Below, in pieces: positions 24,434 to 37,400 of a stretch of DNA of 64,000 nucleotides (the stretch's first letter is position 1; each line of letters starts with the position of its first letter). Below the pieces are notes generated by a model. The model saw nothing but the letters and a program-made list of their open reading frames with translations, made no database searches and had not been told where the DNA came from. The stretch comes from Rebecca billardiae RCC1528. Lineage: Eukaryota; Protista; Haptophyta. A program made the translations under genes and the position numbers. The DNA is taken from the NCBI GenBank assembly GCA_965240325.2, contig OZ251236.1, positions 806,001 to 870,000 on the forward strand, given 5' to 3'.

Positions 24434-26352
24434 GCGCGGCGGCGCCGCCGGCGGTGCCGCCGGGCGCGGCGCGCGTGCCCTCGGGCGCGCCGCCGCCGGG
24501 CGCGCCGCTCGCCGCGCGCCGCGCCTCCTCCGGCCTGCGCCGGCTGCTGCCGTGGCTGCGCCCGCTCTCGCAAGCCTACCACCAGGTGTACTCGTCGCAG
24601 GCGCGGCTCGCGGCGGGCGGCCGCGACTGGCTCGGCTCTCGCGACTACTTCTCGCTGGTGAAGCTGCTCCGGGCGGAGCTGCAGCGGCGGTCGGAGCGGC
24701 AGCTCACGCCCGCGCTGCTCGCGTACGCGCTCTGCCGCAACTTTGGCGGCCAGCCCGCGCTGACGGCGCACGTGCTCGAGACTTTCGCCGCGCGCTGCTT
24801 TGCGCACGAGGCGGGGCGCGCGTGGTCGCGCGGCGGCGGCGCCGCCGCGCCGGCCGAGCTCGGCGGCGGCGGTGGCGGCGGCGCGGCGAGCGCGCTCGGG
24901 CTCGCGCCGCCGCCCGTCCTCGCCCTTGTCGCCGCCAACCTCCACGCCGAGTCCCTCGCCACGCGCCACCTGATGCTGTGCACGCGCAACGCGGCCGCCG
25001 TTGGGCTGCTCCGCGCCGCCGGGCTGCTGGACGACGCTTCCGCGGAGGTTCTCTTTGCGTCCGCGTTCGCCGAGGACCTCTCCGAGCTGCACATGGTGCG
25101 GCAGATCAACGCGGTGAAGACGGCGATGGCGCGCGGGCGCACCGTCGTGCTCGTCAACCACGACAACCTGTACGAGGCGCTGTACGACGTGCTCAACCAG
25201 CGGTACGTAGTCAAAGGGTCGCAGCGGTTGCTTCGGATTGCGATCGGCGCGCGCTCGCAGCTGTGCGCGGTGAGCGCCGGCTTCAAGCTGGTCGTGGTGG
25301 TGGAGGAGGAGCACGCGCTCTCGAGGCTCGACCCGCCGCTCCTCAACCGCTTCGAGAAGCAGCTGCTCACCCCCGCCGACCTGCTCACGCCCGCGCAGCG
25401 CGAGCTGGCCGAGTCGCTTGACGGCTGGGTCGAGGCGGTCGTGCGGCGCGCGGGCGTCGGCTCGGCGCAGGGAGCCTTCTGTGGCTTCCACTCGGGCACG
25501 GTGCCGTCCGCGGTGCTGTACGCGTGCGCACGCGCGCAGGGGGCGGTCGGCGGTGCGCGCGGCGTGGCGGGCGCCGGGGCCGCGCCCGGCGCGGCCGGCG
25601 CGCCCACCGCCGCCGTGGAGGAGGAGGCTGGCGCCGACGGCGCCGACGGCGCCGACGGCAGCGTGCCGGCCGTGGGCACGGCGGCGCGCGCGGCGCTCGA
25701 AGCTGAGCTGCGTGCGCTGCTCGCGCGCACGATGCTGCCCGTCGCCGCGCGCGCCGCGGCGCCCGACGACCCGGCGGACGCCGCGGCGTTCGCCGCGTGC
25801 TACTACGCACGTCACGCCGACATCTGCGCCGCCCTCGAGGCGTACGACCCGCCGCCTCCGACGACGCCGACGCCGACGCCAGAGGCAGAGGCGGCGGAGG
25901 CGGCGACGGCGGCGGCGGCGGCGACGGCGGCGGCGGCGGCGGCGGACCAGGCGGCGGACCAGACGGACCAGGCGCCTTCGTCCGCGCGCGGTGTGAGCGA
26001 CGCCGTGGGCGAGGGCGGGAGCGCGCCGCACTCGCTCGCTGCCGCGTTCGCCCGGCCCACCGCCGGCGACGAGCGCGCTCGCGAGCACGCGCGCTCGGCG
26101 CCCGGCGGCGGCGCCGCCGCCGTGGACGGCAGCGCCGGCGGTCGGCTGCTACTGCTGCTGACGCGCTCGCCCGCGTCGCATCTCTCCGCGCACGCGGTGC
26201 AAGCGGGCGCGCTCGGCCGGCGCACGCGCGCGCAGCTGCTGCCCCTCAGCGCCGTCCCGTCAGAGGAGGCCCTCGGGGAGGCGCTGCGAGAGTTCTACCG
26301 GAGGGGCCTGCCTCCTGCCGCCGACCAGCCTGCTGGGCGCGGCGCTCCGGAA

Positions 26353-26387
<35 letters not shown>

Positions 26388-28873
26388 GGCGCAGGGATCC
26401 GGACCGGGCCCTACCGGACCGGGCCCTCATCACCCGGCCGCGGAGGATGCGGCCGCGGCGGGCGCGCGCGCGGCGGAGCGCGGCGCTGCGGCCGCCGGCG
26501 CTGCAGCCGCCGCCACAGCCGACGCCGACTCACAGGCCACGCCAGGGCCCGCGCGACCGGCGGCGGGTGAGGCGGCGGCTGACGCCGCCGACGCCGCCGA
26601 CGCGCGTCCGCTGCTGCTGCTGCAGGCTGACCCGGTGTCTGGGCGCGCGATGCAGCTGCTGCCGCTGGCGATGCACGCCATCCAGCGGGAGCGCGCGCTG
26701 GCGCTCGGCGCGGCGGCAGACGGCGCGGCTGCGACTGCCGCGAGCGCCGCCATCGCCACTGCCGCCGCCGCCGCCGCGCCTGCCGCCGAGACAGCGGAGC
26801 CTGCGGCAGCGGCCGCGTCGGTGCAACCGGACGGCGGTGGCGGCTCCGCGGCCCCCGCGGACGCGCCAGCTCGCGCAAACGCTGACCGTGCGCGCACCGC
26901 CGCCGCCGCCGCACCGCACGCACCCGCCCAGCCGCTGCCAACCGTCGTCCTCCTCGTGCACCTCCCGCCAGGGCACCGCGGCTCGCAGCGCGCGTTCTCA
27001 CTCGACCTCGTGCGGCCCTGGGTGGCGGTCGCCGTCGACGACGTCCGGCCGGACGCGCCGGACTGCGGTCCGGGCGGTGTGGGCCGGCTGGACGCGCTCG
27101 CGGCCGACGCGGAGGGCGACCCGATCGGCAGGCTGGGCACGGCGACGCTGCTCGCCGGCTCGCCGCTCGCCCTGGTCGACTCGCTCGGCGCGGGCGCGCT
27201 GCTTGCGGTCGTGCGCGCCCGGCTACCCTCCGTGATGGCGCTCGCCCTCCCGCCGCTGGTGGCGGAGGCGGAGGGCGGCGCGCCGATGGCGGCTGCAGCC
27301 GAGGACGGCCGCGCGGGCGAGCACGACTCCGAGCCGCCGCCCCGCTCCGCCGTCGCGGGGCGCATCGCGCGCGTGCGCTCGCTGCTCGAGACTCGGCCGC
27401 AGCTCGCCGCCCTCGTCGCAAAGGGTGTGCGCACAGCGCTTGGCGCGTGCGAGCGCGGCGGCGCGCCCGGCGGCGGCGGCGAGGGCGCGCACGCGCACGT
27501 CGCGCTCGCGCTTGGCCAGCGCTTCGGCGGCTCGCTGCGCGAGGGCATGCGCGCCGCGCTGCGCGAGCTCGTCGTGCGCTCCGCCGCGGCGGTGCTGCGC
27601 GCGCTCGACGCCGACTGCGCGCTCGAGCTGCTCCGGGCGTCGGAGCGCGGCGGCGCGCGCGAAGCGCTTTGGTTCGAGATGGCCTCTCGGCTGCTCTTTG
27701 CGCAGCCGGACGGCTCGTCGGCGGCGGGCGCGCTCGCGCTCGCGCTCGCCGCCGCGCCGGGCGCGCGCGACGGCGGCGACGCGCACTGCCCGAGCCACGG
27801 CCTCCACGGCGTGCTCCGCGCGCGCTTCCCGTTTTCGCACCGGCTGCGCGCGCGGCTCGAGAGTCCGGACGTCGCCGCAGAGTTTCGTCGGCTGCTGCGC
27901 GCCGTTGGCCGCGGCGAGGAGGACGGCGGCGGCGTGGGCGACGCCGCCGCCGCCGCCGAGGCCGCGTCGGAGGAGGACGACGACGGAGCCGAGGCGGAGG
28001 CCAGCGAGCGCGCCGCCGGCGGCGGCGCGGCCGTGCCGGCCGCGCGCGCGTCGGCGCGTCTCTCGGTGAGCGAGGCGCTCGCCCGAGCGGCGGCCATCGG
28101 GCGGGAGGTGTACGGCGCCGGGCTGGATGAGCCCGGCGCGGAGGGCGGCGTGCACGGCGCGGGGGAAGCGCCCTCCGCCGCCGACGAGGCGGTCGAGCCC
28201 GCCGCGATGCTCGCCGCCTCCGCCTCCGCCGTGCCGCCGATTTCGGTCGGGTCCACGATCGCCTACGTGCACGATGCGGTCGCGCTCAGCGCGCCAGCGC
28301 TGCCGGCGCTCAGCCTGTCGAGCCAGCTGCGGCTGCACACGGCGGTGCTCCGCGCCGCGGCGCCCGGCGGCGCGGCGCTGCGCTCGCCCGCCACCGCGCA
28401 CGCCGCTCTCCTCCTGCACGCCTCGCGCACGCACCACGCCGCCGCGGCGCTGTCGGCTGCACTCTCGCGAGCGCCCGCACCGGTCGCGGCCTCCATCGCG
28501 GCGAGCGTCTTCGACGCGATCGACGGCGCGGCGGCGGGCGGGCGGGGCGTGCGCGCGGTCGACGCGGCGGTGGCCTCCTGCGTCGCGCGGGCCTTCTGCG
28601 ACGGCCTCGAGGCCGCCGTCGGCGCGGTCGGCTCGACGCGCGAGCTCGCGCCCTGGCTTGGCGCGTGGGCGAGCGCATGCTCAGCAGTTGAGCTGGACAC
28701 GTCCGCCCTGCTCGCGCACGCGCACGAGGGGGCGGGCGCGGCGGCGGGCGGCGTGCTTCCCGCCGCCGCCGCCGCCTCGCGCGACTGGGCGCGCGCGCTC
28801 GCGCTGCGCTGCTTTGTCCTGCGCGTGCTCCTCCCGACGCTCGAGAGCTCGCGCCGCGCCGAGCGCGGCGACG

Positions 28874-28916
<43 letters not shown>

Positions 28917-31426
28917 AGTTGTTGGCCAAGGCGCCTCCAGCGCGGCAGCCGGTGGCGGCGTCGTCGGTGGCGCGGCGGATGGCCCGTCCGCCTCGCTCGT
29001 GCTCGGCGTGTGCGCGGCGTGCGCCACCGCCGCCGCGGCGGCCGGGAGCCTGGAGTCGATCAGCGCGCTCATCCGGGCGGCGAGTGCGATGCGGCCTCAG
29101 CCACCGACACTGGTGGGGGACCTGATGGTGGCGCACGCGTCGGAGCAGCTGCTCGGGCGCACGGCGGTGCACGCGGGAAGCGCGGGCGCCGCGCCGCCCG
29201 AGCCCGCGCTGCTCGACGCGCTTGTCGCCCTCGTCAGCCCGCGCCGCGCGGCGGGCGCCGAGCGCGGCGCCGCGGGCGCGTCCGCCGGCGCGGCGCGGCT
29301 GCCGCTGTCGCCTGAGCACCTCGATGTGTGCGCGCGCCGCCGGCTGCTGCTGGCGCTCGTGCACGCCGCGTCGGACGCAGAGGGCGCGCGCGCGCGCGCG
29401 GTCGGCGCCGCGCTGCGCCGGCTGCCCGCGCACGGCGACGTCGCCGCCGTCGAGGCGGTGAATCTCGCCGAGGCGAGATTGGCGCACGCGGCGGAAGTTT
29501 CCGCGAACGCGCCGCGCGGCGCGGCGGGCGCGGCGCCGCCTCGCTCGCTGCTCGGCGCGGACGCGGCGGAGGGCGAGGAGGGCGGCGGCGCGCGTGCTGC
29601 GAGGCCGGCGCTCTCTCTCTCCGCCGCGCTCGCCTCGCACGGCGGGCTGCGCTGGTCGCTCGAGCAGCTCGAGGCGGTCGCGCGCGCCAAGGCGTGCGTG
29701 CGCGCGTACACGGCAGACCTACTTTCGCATCTGCAGGGGCGCACGCCCGCGGCGGCGCGCGCCGCGGCCGAGGCGGCGGCGGGTGGCGCCGACGGCGGGG
29801 GCGGCGGCGGCGGCGGCGGCGCGGAGGGCGGCGGTGGGAGCGCCGGCGGCGCGGGCGCCCTGCTCCGCGCGCACGCCGACGCGGCGACCGCGCTCCGCCT
29901 CTCGCGCGGCGCGGCGCAACTCGCGCTGCAGCTGCTGCTTCGCGACGGTGGCGTGGACGCGCTTGTGGCCCTGCTGGGCGAGGCGGAGCGGGACGTGCCG
30001 TGGCTGCCGTTCCGGCGGGAGGGCCTCGCGGCGGTGTCGGCGCACGGCGCGGCGCAGCCCACGCTCGACGCGCTCGCCCTGCTCGCGCGCACCTCGCAGC
30101 TGTACGCGCGCGTGTGCGCGTGGGCCGAGCGCGCGCGCACGGCCAACGCGTGGCTCGGCGCAGAGGGCGAGATCGCGGCGCGCGAGGCGATGCTCGCCGA
30201 CGCGGCGCTGCGGCCGTGCGCGGCGGACGTGGCGGGAATGCTCACGCTCACCGCGGCGATGGCGCGCGCGACCGACCCGGTGCTCGCCGCGCCGTGGCGC
30301 GCCAAGCCCCCGGGCTCCGAGTCCGCGCACCGTCGGAAGGTGCGCCGACTCTTCTGCGCGGCGCTGTGCTCAGGGCTGTCCGACACGGCGGTGCGCCAGG
30401 CCGCGCTGGCGATCGGCGCGGTCGGGCTCGACGCGGCGGCGTTCAGCGCGCACAAGGAGGGCAGCGCGCCCAGCGCCGCGCGCCGCCGCGCGCTCGTGCG
30501 CCAGCTCGGCCTCAGCCTCGCGCTGCGCACCGCCGCGGGCTCGACCGGCGGCTGGCTGCACGCGTGTCTGCTCGACCCTGCGTCGCAGGCGGTGTCGCAC
30601 ATGCCCACGTGCGATGGCGGCATCCCGCTCGAGCGGCTGATGGCGACGCTGGGGTACGCCGGGTGGTATCGCTGCCCGAATGGACATCTTTACTCTGTCG
30701 GCGAGTGCACCATGCCGATGGAGGTCGCCAAGTGCCCCAAGTGCGGCGCCGTGATCGGCGGCCGATCGCACACGGCCGTCGCCGGCGTCGTGAGGCTCGG
30801 CACGACTGACGAAATCCTCGAGGAGGCGAAGCGCGGCAACATGGAGAAGCTGGCGAGCGTGCTGCGCGCGGTCGGGCTGGCGGGTGGCGGCGGCGGCGGC
30901 TCGGTCCGCTTCCCGCGGCGCACGACCAGCTGCCCGATCGGCTTCGACCGCGCCTCCTTCGACGCGTCGGACGGCGAGACGATTGTGGACGTGCTGCCGC
31001 GCGCCGACCGCACGACGTGCTCTGTGCTTCGCGTCTTCATGTTCGCGACGTTCGCCGCGCGGCTGGCGATCAACGAGGCGCTGGCCGACGCGGAGGGCGA
31101 GCTGGCGGAGCAGGGCGCGGGCGGGGGCGAGCCCGAGCAGGGGTCGGGCGCGCCCGCCGCCGCGGACGACGACGGTGGCGGCCTGCAGAGCGGCCGAGGC
31201 GGCGGCGCGGGAGGCGGCGGCGGCGCGCGCAGCCGCGGCCGCGGCCGCGGCGCCGGCCACAGCGGCGCGGGCGGCGGCGGCGGCCGCTCGACCGGCGGCG
31301 GCGGCGGCGGCAGCGCCGACGCCGGCTCGGCCGCGCGCGCCGCCCCCGCCGCGGTCGCGGTGCTCAACGAGGGCGGCCTGCGCGCGCTGCGGCGCGACAA
31401 GGCCCTCCTCCGATTACTCGAGGGCA

Positions 31427-31482
<56 letters not shown>

Positions 31483-33450
31483 AGCTGGAGCGGCTCGAGC
31501 ACGGCGGCGCGCGCGTACGTGTGTGCGCGGCTGGACGCGGAGTGGCGCGGTCTCGCCGAGGCGCACGGCCTCTCGGACGACGACGTCGCGCTGTGCCTGC
31601 ACGCGTGCGCAGGGCTGCTGCTGCAGCACGCGCGGCGCGCGGGCGGCCAGCCCGTCTTCTCGTCCGAGCAGGCGCGCTCCGACTTTGAGATTGGCTTCCA
31701 GAGGCACGTCGTCGCGCCCGTCTTTGCCGGGCACAGGCAGCTGCGCGCGACGGTGAGCGCGCTGCGCGCGAGGCTCGCCGACGGCACCGCCGAGGCGCGA
31801 GCGCGCGCGGCGTACGGCGAGGAGCTCTGGCGCTCGCTGCAGGAGGGCGCGCGGCACGGCGGCGCCGTCGACGTGGGCGACGACGGCGCCGACGGCAGCG
31901 GCGCCGGCGGCCGCCGCGCGGCCGCCGCCGCGGCGCCGGCCGACGCCGCGGCCGCGCTGCCGCCGGGCGGCGTGTGGCACCTGTCCGAGCCGATCTCGTT
32001 CGGCGCGGCGCGGCGCGCGTTCAACCTCGCCTCGAGCAACGCGCGCGCGTGCCCGCTGCTCGCCGAGCTGCTGCGCGACGAGCGGCGCGCGGCGGCGATC
32101 GGCGGCGCGGCGGACGTGCTCGCGTGGCACGCGCTGCTGTTCGACGCGCTCCGGCCGCCCATCTCTCGCGAGGAGGCGTCGAGCCTGACCAACGCGGACG
32201 TGGTCGCGCGGCTGCCGGCCTCGCGCCGCGCGGCGGGGCGCGCGACGCTGCGCCGCTTCTGCGACGCGTTCAACGCCGGCCTGCCGCTCGTCCCCACGCT
32301 GTACGAGTGCCAGCCCAACCCTTTCCTGGGCGACGACGGCGGCGTCGACCTGTCCGGCACGCGCGTGCGCGCCGTGCGGATGGGGCCGTCGGTGGCGGTG
32401 GCCTTCTCGCTGCCCGCCGTGCACGACGGCGGCGCGGCGGGCGGCGGCGTGGACGCGCCGGGCCTCGCGACGATCCAGCTGCTCGCCACCCTCGTCAACG
32501 CGCACAACGCGCTGCTCGGCCGGCTCGGCCGCGACGCCGCGCGCCTCGGCGCGGCGGGCGCGCTCCCGCGCCTCTCGCACCGCACGCCCGCGCCCGCCGC
32601 GCGCCGCGCGCTGCTGCAGTACGATCGGCTCGCGCTGCTCGAGGCGCTGTACGCGCAGCACCCGGGGTGCGGCGCGGCGCTCGACGAGCGCACGTTCGCG
32701 CGCGTCGAGGGCTCGCTCCGCTCCTCGCTCCTCGCCACCGCCACGCCCGTCGACCTGCACGTGGAGCACTACGGCTACGCGGGCGCGGCGCAGCGCTCGG
32801 GCGTGCTGGGCCGGCTGCGCGCGCGCGTGCCGCAGCGCGCGCTCGCGCCGCCCGTGCTCGAGCAGCTCTGGGCGGAGCTCGACACGGCGCGGCAGCTGCG
32901 CCGGCTGCTCGCGCTCGTCGAGGAGGCCGCGCGCTTCGCCGGCGCGCTCGGCTCCGCCGACGAGACGGCCGCCGACACGCCGCTGCACGAGTACGCGCTG
33001 CGCGCGCTCTGCGTGCCGGAGGCCGAGTGGCTCGAGCTCGCGCCCGCGGCGGTGGTGCGGCACGTGCGGCTGTGCCACCTGAGCGCGCTGCTCGTCGCGC
33101 TCGAGGCGGGCGCCGAAGGCGCGACCGCCGCCGACGCCGTCGCGCCCAAGTACGCGCAGCCGCTGCCGCCCGAGCTGCGCGCCGCGCTCGCGCACGCCGC
33201 GCCGCGCGTGCCGCACGACGTGCTGCTGCCGCTGCTGCGCGACCTGATGGCGGAGCAGCTGCACTCGGACGCGTGGGACGCGGCCGCGCCGCTCAAGATG
33301 TACCTCGCGTGGTCGACCGAGCTCGAGCTCGAGGCCGAGCCGTGGTGGCGGCTGCTGCCCGACGAGCTCGCGCTCGCGCACGCGCGCGAGACCTTCCGGC
33401 TGCTCTCCGCCGCGAGCGGCGGCGGCGCGGGCGGCGGCGGCGGCCAGTGA
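11392..33450 (+). CDS. RNF213: Giant RNF213/mysterin-like AAA+ ATPase and RZ-finger E3 ubiquitin ligase with N-terminal NHL repeats (~7352 aa)
   Basis: Uninterrupted ORF, first ATG 11392. RNF213-type motifs in order: GAGKT...LHLDV (20251); GECGCGKT...VFLDELN (22672); GKPGSSKT...LLLDEVGLAEHSPDMPLKVLH...GLSNWALDPAKMNR (23962); LYEALYDVLNQRY; PPLLNRFEK; RZ finger CPNGHLYSVGECTMPMEVAKCPKCGAVIGGRSH (30664-30771). NHL-type repeats at ~13150-14910. Confidence 0.9.
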
Positions 33451-34421
33451 TGGCGACGCGATGCGAGACGACGTACTGCGGCTGTAGTCGGGCCGTCTCC
33501 GCGGACACGCCCCACGCGCCGCAGGCCCCCCGCGGGCTCGGCCGTCGAGCCTCGCGCGAGCGACCGCCATCGCCACTATCGAATGAGCCGAGCGAGCGCC
33601 ACGCGTGGATCCGGCCGCCAAGTTGAAAGTCCGGGGGAGTTTGCCCCCGCGCACGTAAAGCCAAACTCACAACGGATCCGTCCTCCGGATTTCCTCCGGA
33701 CATTTCTAATGGCCGCCAGCGCGCGCCCACGTCGCGGGGTGGGTCGGCCGGCGCGTTGGGCTCGACCGGCCTGGGGTTGGCTTCGACGCCACCAGCGGGA
33801 TGCCACACTGACTCGGCCATTGGGGCTCACGAGGACGCCTCGGAGTTCAGAGGGTGTGGTGGTCAGACGGGCGTCCCGGTCGTGCGATCGGGCGGCAAGC
33901 AGGCCGGCTGCCTAGCAGCCCACAAACGCGGCGCGCCGCGCGAGCCAAGGCCCTGGCGGGCATCACATGGACGGTACCTGGCCACATGGGTCGCCTGGAG
34001 TCCATTTCCGCGCGTGTGCCGCGCTGGACTGAGTCTACGGCTCAGCCGGAGGCACGACGGGCACAGCCCACGAGCACGGACTGAGTACGACCGCGCGCGC
34101 GTGGCGTGTGCAGCGACGTGTGGGGCCTACCTTGGCGCGCGAGCTCGCGAGCAGCGCGCGGACGACTAGTGCCAGGGTCCCAACTACGATGGCCCGCGCA
34201 CCCGCGCCCTTCGCGGCCTGTGACGGCGGACCAAGGCGGCGCCCTCGAAACGACGAGGGTTGCCGCCATCCTCGAGCGCTTTTCGCGCCCGGCGATGTCG
34301 TTTCTTTTTTTTCGGCCGGCCTAGGACGTGTAACGATTTTTTGTATCCGACGGATGACAGTTGGCAGCGATGCGCATGGAGGTGACCGCGCGACCGCCGA
34401 CAGCGGCCGCTGAATGCTGAC

Positions 34422-37400
34422 TCAGCGTGGCGTGCGCGGCCCCGCCGCCTCCGTTGTCGCGGCAGCACGTCCGTACTGAACACCAAACTCAATCCCTCGG
34501 CGTCGGCAGCGCTGCTCGCGGTGCACGAAGATGGACGTGTGGCACATGGAGCACAGGTGCTTCTTGCACCCGGCGCACGCGCGAGTCGTCTGCTTCACGA
34601 AGCCACCTGGGTCCTCGGGATGGTCGTCCGGCTTGCGCATGCCCTTGCGCAAGGCGTTGCCACGCGGGGTGAACGTCTTTTCGGCGTCCGCGTAGCACTG
34701 CACGCAGTCGCTCTTGGTGGGGAGCGGGTCGCCCTTGCCGTCGAAGAGCGTCTCAGCCTTCGTCAGGTAGCACTTGCGTGGGCGGTGCTGCGCGATTCGC
34801 GAGCCTGGGACGGGACCTGCGCTCGTCCCGCGCATGATGGGGCAGGACAGTGGGCACGGCGGCGCGGCGGTGAGTGGTCGGTGGCGACGCATTGCGCGAC
34901 GGCGTACATTCGCGAGCGCATCGCGCGGTGCCCGCACCGCTCTTCTTGCGCATGAAGTGCGGTGTCTCGTCGCCACGGCCCTGCATGTACTCCGCGCAGT
35001 AGCGTTGGATGCCGTGGTTCATCAGCTCACGGCCGAGTGACAGCTGCCAGTACGTCGAGTACGGGATGCCGGGCTCGCGAAGAAATTTCTCGTAGGACGG
35101 CAGCACGAACTCGAAGACAATCCTCGCGTCGTGCACGATCAGGCCGAGGTCCCAGTAGAACGCTGCGCGCTGCCAGCGGCGACCGACTCGGTTGACCCGG
35201 ATGTTCATACGAGCCTGGTCCTTGTCGAAGCGGTCGACCGGGCCCATCCTCCGCGCGTACGCCTTCTGCGCCAGGAACGACGTGTAGTACTTGTAGGAGC
35301 GGCTGGCTTTGTCGTACCGCCGCGCAAATGTCTCCTCCGCGTCGTTCTGGTAGGTGGTGTACAGCAGGCAGAAAGGCTTCGCGTCGCGCCATTGCGTCGC
35401 GTACAGCCACCACGTACCTCTCCCACGCCGTTGCGTTGAGGCGCCGCTGCCGCTCCCGTCCAGTGGCACGCGCGCAGTGCGACGCCAGCCGCGTGCGAGA
35501 GCGCTCACCACGCTGTTGGGGAGGTCGAACCAGGGCCAGGTGAGCCGTCCGTCTGTGGGCGCGGTGGCGGGCCGCTTCCACTTGTGCGGGCCGACGATAT
35601 GGATGCCGCGAGCGCGGAGCCAGAGCACGACTGGGATGGTCACAAACCATGAGTCGGCAAAGAGGACGTAGCCTTCGTGCCAGTACGCGACGACGAAGAA
35701 GCCAGTGAGAAGGGCGATGAGCACGTTCCCAGCGGCGTTGGCGCTGCCGCCGACGTCAAACTTCCACGCCTTCACGTAGCCCGCGGCGTCGGCATACACA
35801 AACGCCTTGATGCCCCACTTGATGGGCTTGCGTGGCAGGTACCGCAGGATCGGGCAGCGCTTGGAGAGGCAGCGGATCATCGCCTCGTCGAGCGCGATGT
35901 GCTGCAGTGCGTTCCAGGCCGAGTCGCACTTCTTCTGCAGGTCCGTGTCCAGCTGGCGCATCTTGCGGAGCGGGTCGTCCGGGAAATCCTCGCTCATCGG
36001 GTCCATGAAAGACAGCTGCGCGATCACCTTCCTCCAGCTGCGGCGCGCGGTGCGCACACGGGCGTGCGCGCGGGCGCGCGCGTTGGCCGCTCGCGTCTCA
36101 CTCGCGGCGCGCGGCGCATGTGCGCGGCGCACCGCGTCGCCGTGTACGAGTCGTAGATCTCGTCGTCGCGCAGACTGCCCGACCACAAGAAGCTCATCTG
36201 CCGCACCGGCCGCACACCCGCTTTGATCAGGATGCCCATGACGATCAGAAGCTCTGGCGGCGTCAAGTCGTCCCAGTCGTCGACCCGGCGCCTGGCAGTG
36301 AGGCGCAAGGATGCCGGGTCCGACGCCAGGAGTGGGCGCCATAACATCTTGCCAGCAGCGTCCTTGACCTGCGCGTAGGCGCGCGCGCACAACAAGCGCA
36401 CGCCAGTTGGCCAGCAAGGGGCGCGGCGTTAGGGCATGACTCCTCGCATACGCGCGCGCGCACGCGTATGCGCATGCGCGCGCGTATGCGCATGCATGCG
36501 CGCGCGCGCCTCACCTGCACAAGCCATTGCTTGGCGTGCGCGTTCGTCGCGTCGCAGATGCTCTGCAGGATGTCGTCGCTGAAGTAGAATAGGAAGCACT
36601 GCAGCAGCACGAACGCCGGGTCCGGGTCACCGACCGAGATGTCCACCTGGTGCGTGCTCATGTCCATGGCGATACCGGCCGCGGCGAGGAACACGACGAG
36701 CATTTGCGTCGGCCCCGGCTTTGCTCCTGTGAACAGCGGGCCGTGAGCATCGATGTCGGGCTCCTTCCCGCGGGGAGCGTTCGTGCGCGGCGCGCTTGGC
36801 GCCTTGTGGCGCACCTCCTCCCACGGCTCCACAGGCGGCTCGCGCTCAGGTGCTGCGCCCGCCCCGGCGGCGCCCGCGGCGGGCGCCGAGCGCCGTGCTG
36901 CTGCGCCGCGGCCGCGGCCGCGGCCACTGCCCGCGCCGCGGCCTGCGCCGCCGCCGCGACCGCCAGCCTGCGTCGGCTGTGCGGGCTCGAGCTCAGGCGG
37001 CGCGTCGGCAGACGCCGGCAGGTCCGTGCGCATCACGCAGCGCCGCTTTGACGAGTGCAGCCACAACTGCTCGTCCAGCACGATCAGCCGCGCGCCTCTC
37101 GCGCGCGCCAGGCGGCACGACGTGGGACCTCCCAGGATCTCGTGCGCGGATTTGGGTGATGGCGAGGCGCCACGGCGTCGCTTGCCCCGCCCGCGGGATT
37201 CGTCACGATACTCCGCGCGCTTTGCGACGAGGACGTCGACGCACGAGTGGATGAAGTCGGGGTCCTTGCTCGGGCCACTCCGACCGTCGTAGTTGCGGGC
37301 GAACTTCCTGATGTCGGTGCCCGCGACGCCCCACATCTTCTTGGGGTCGACGTAGCCGACGATGCAGGGTGGCCACGACATGCGCGCGCGCGCGCGCGCA

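Noticed and set aside
21322-26088. Long antisense and alternative-frame ORFs (e.g. 21322..26088-, 11340..14771-, 54293..57328-, 6821..9220+)
   Set aside because: R/A/P-rich shadow frames expected from stop-codon scarcity at this GC content; they overlap motif-supported genes.
33620-33830. GAAAGTCC ... TGGGGCTCAC resembling RNase P/MRP CR-I and CR-V
   Set aside because: P4 pairing is incomplete and the upstream word also occurs in an ordinary promoter at 458; an Infernal search would be needed.
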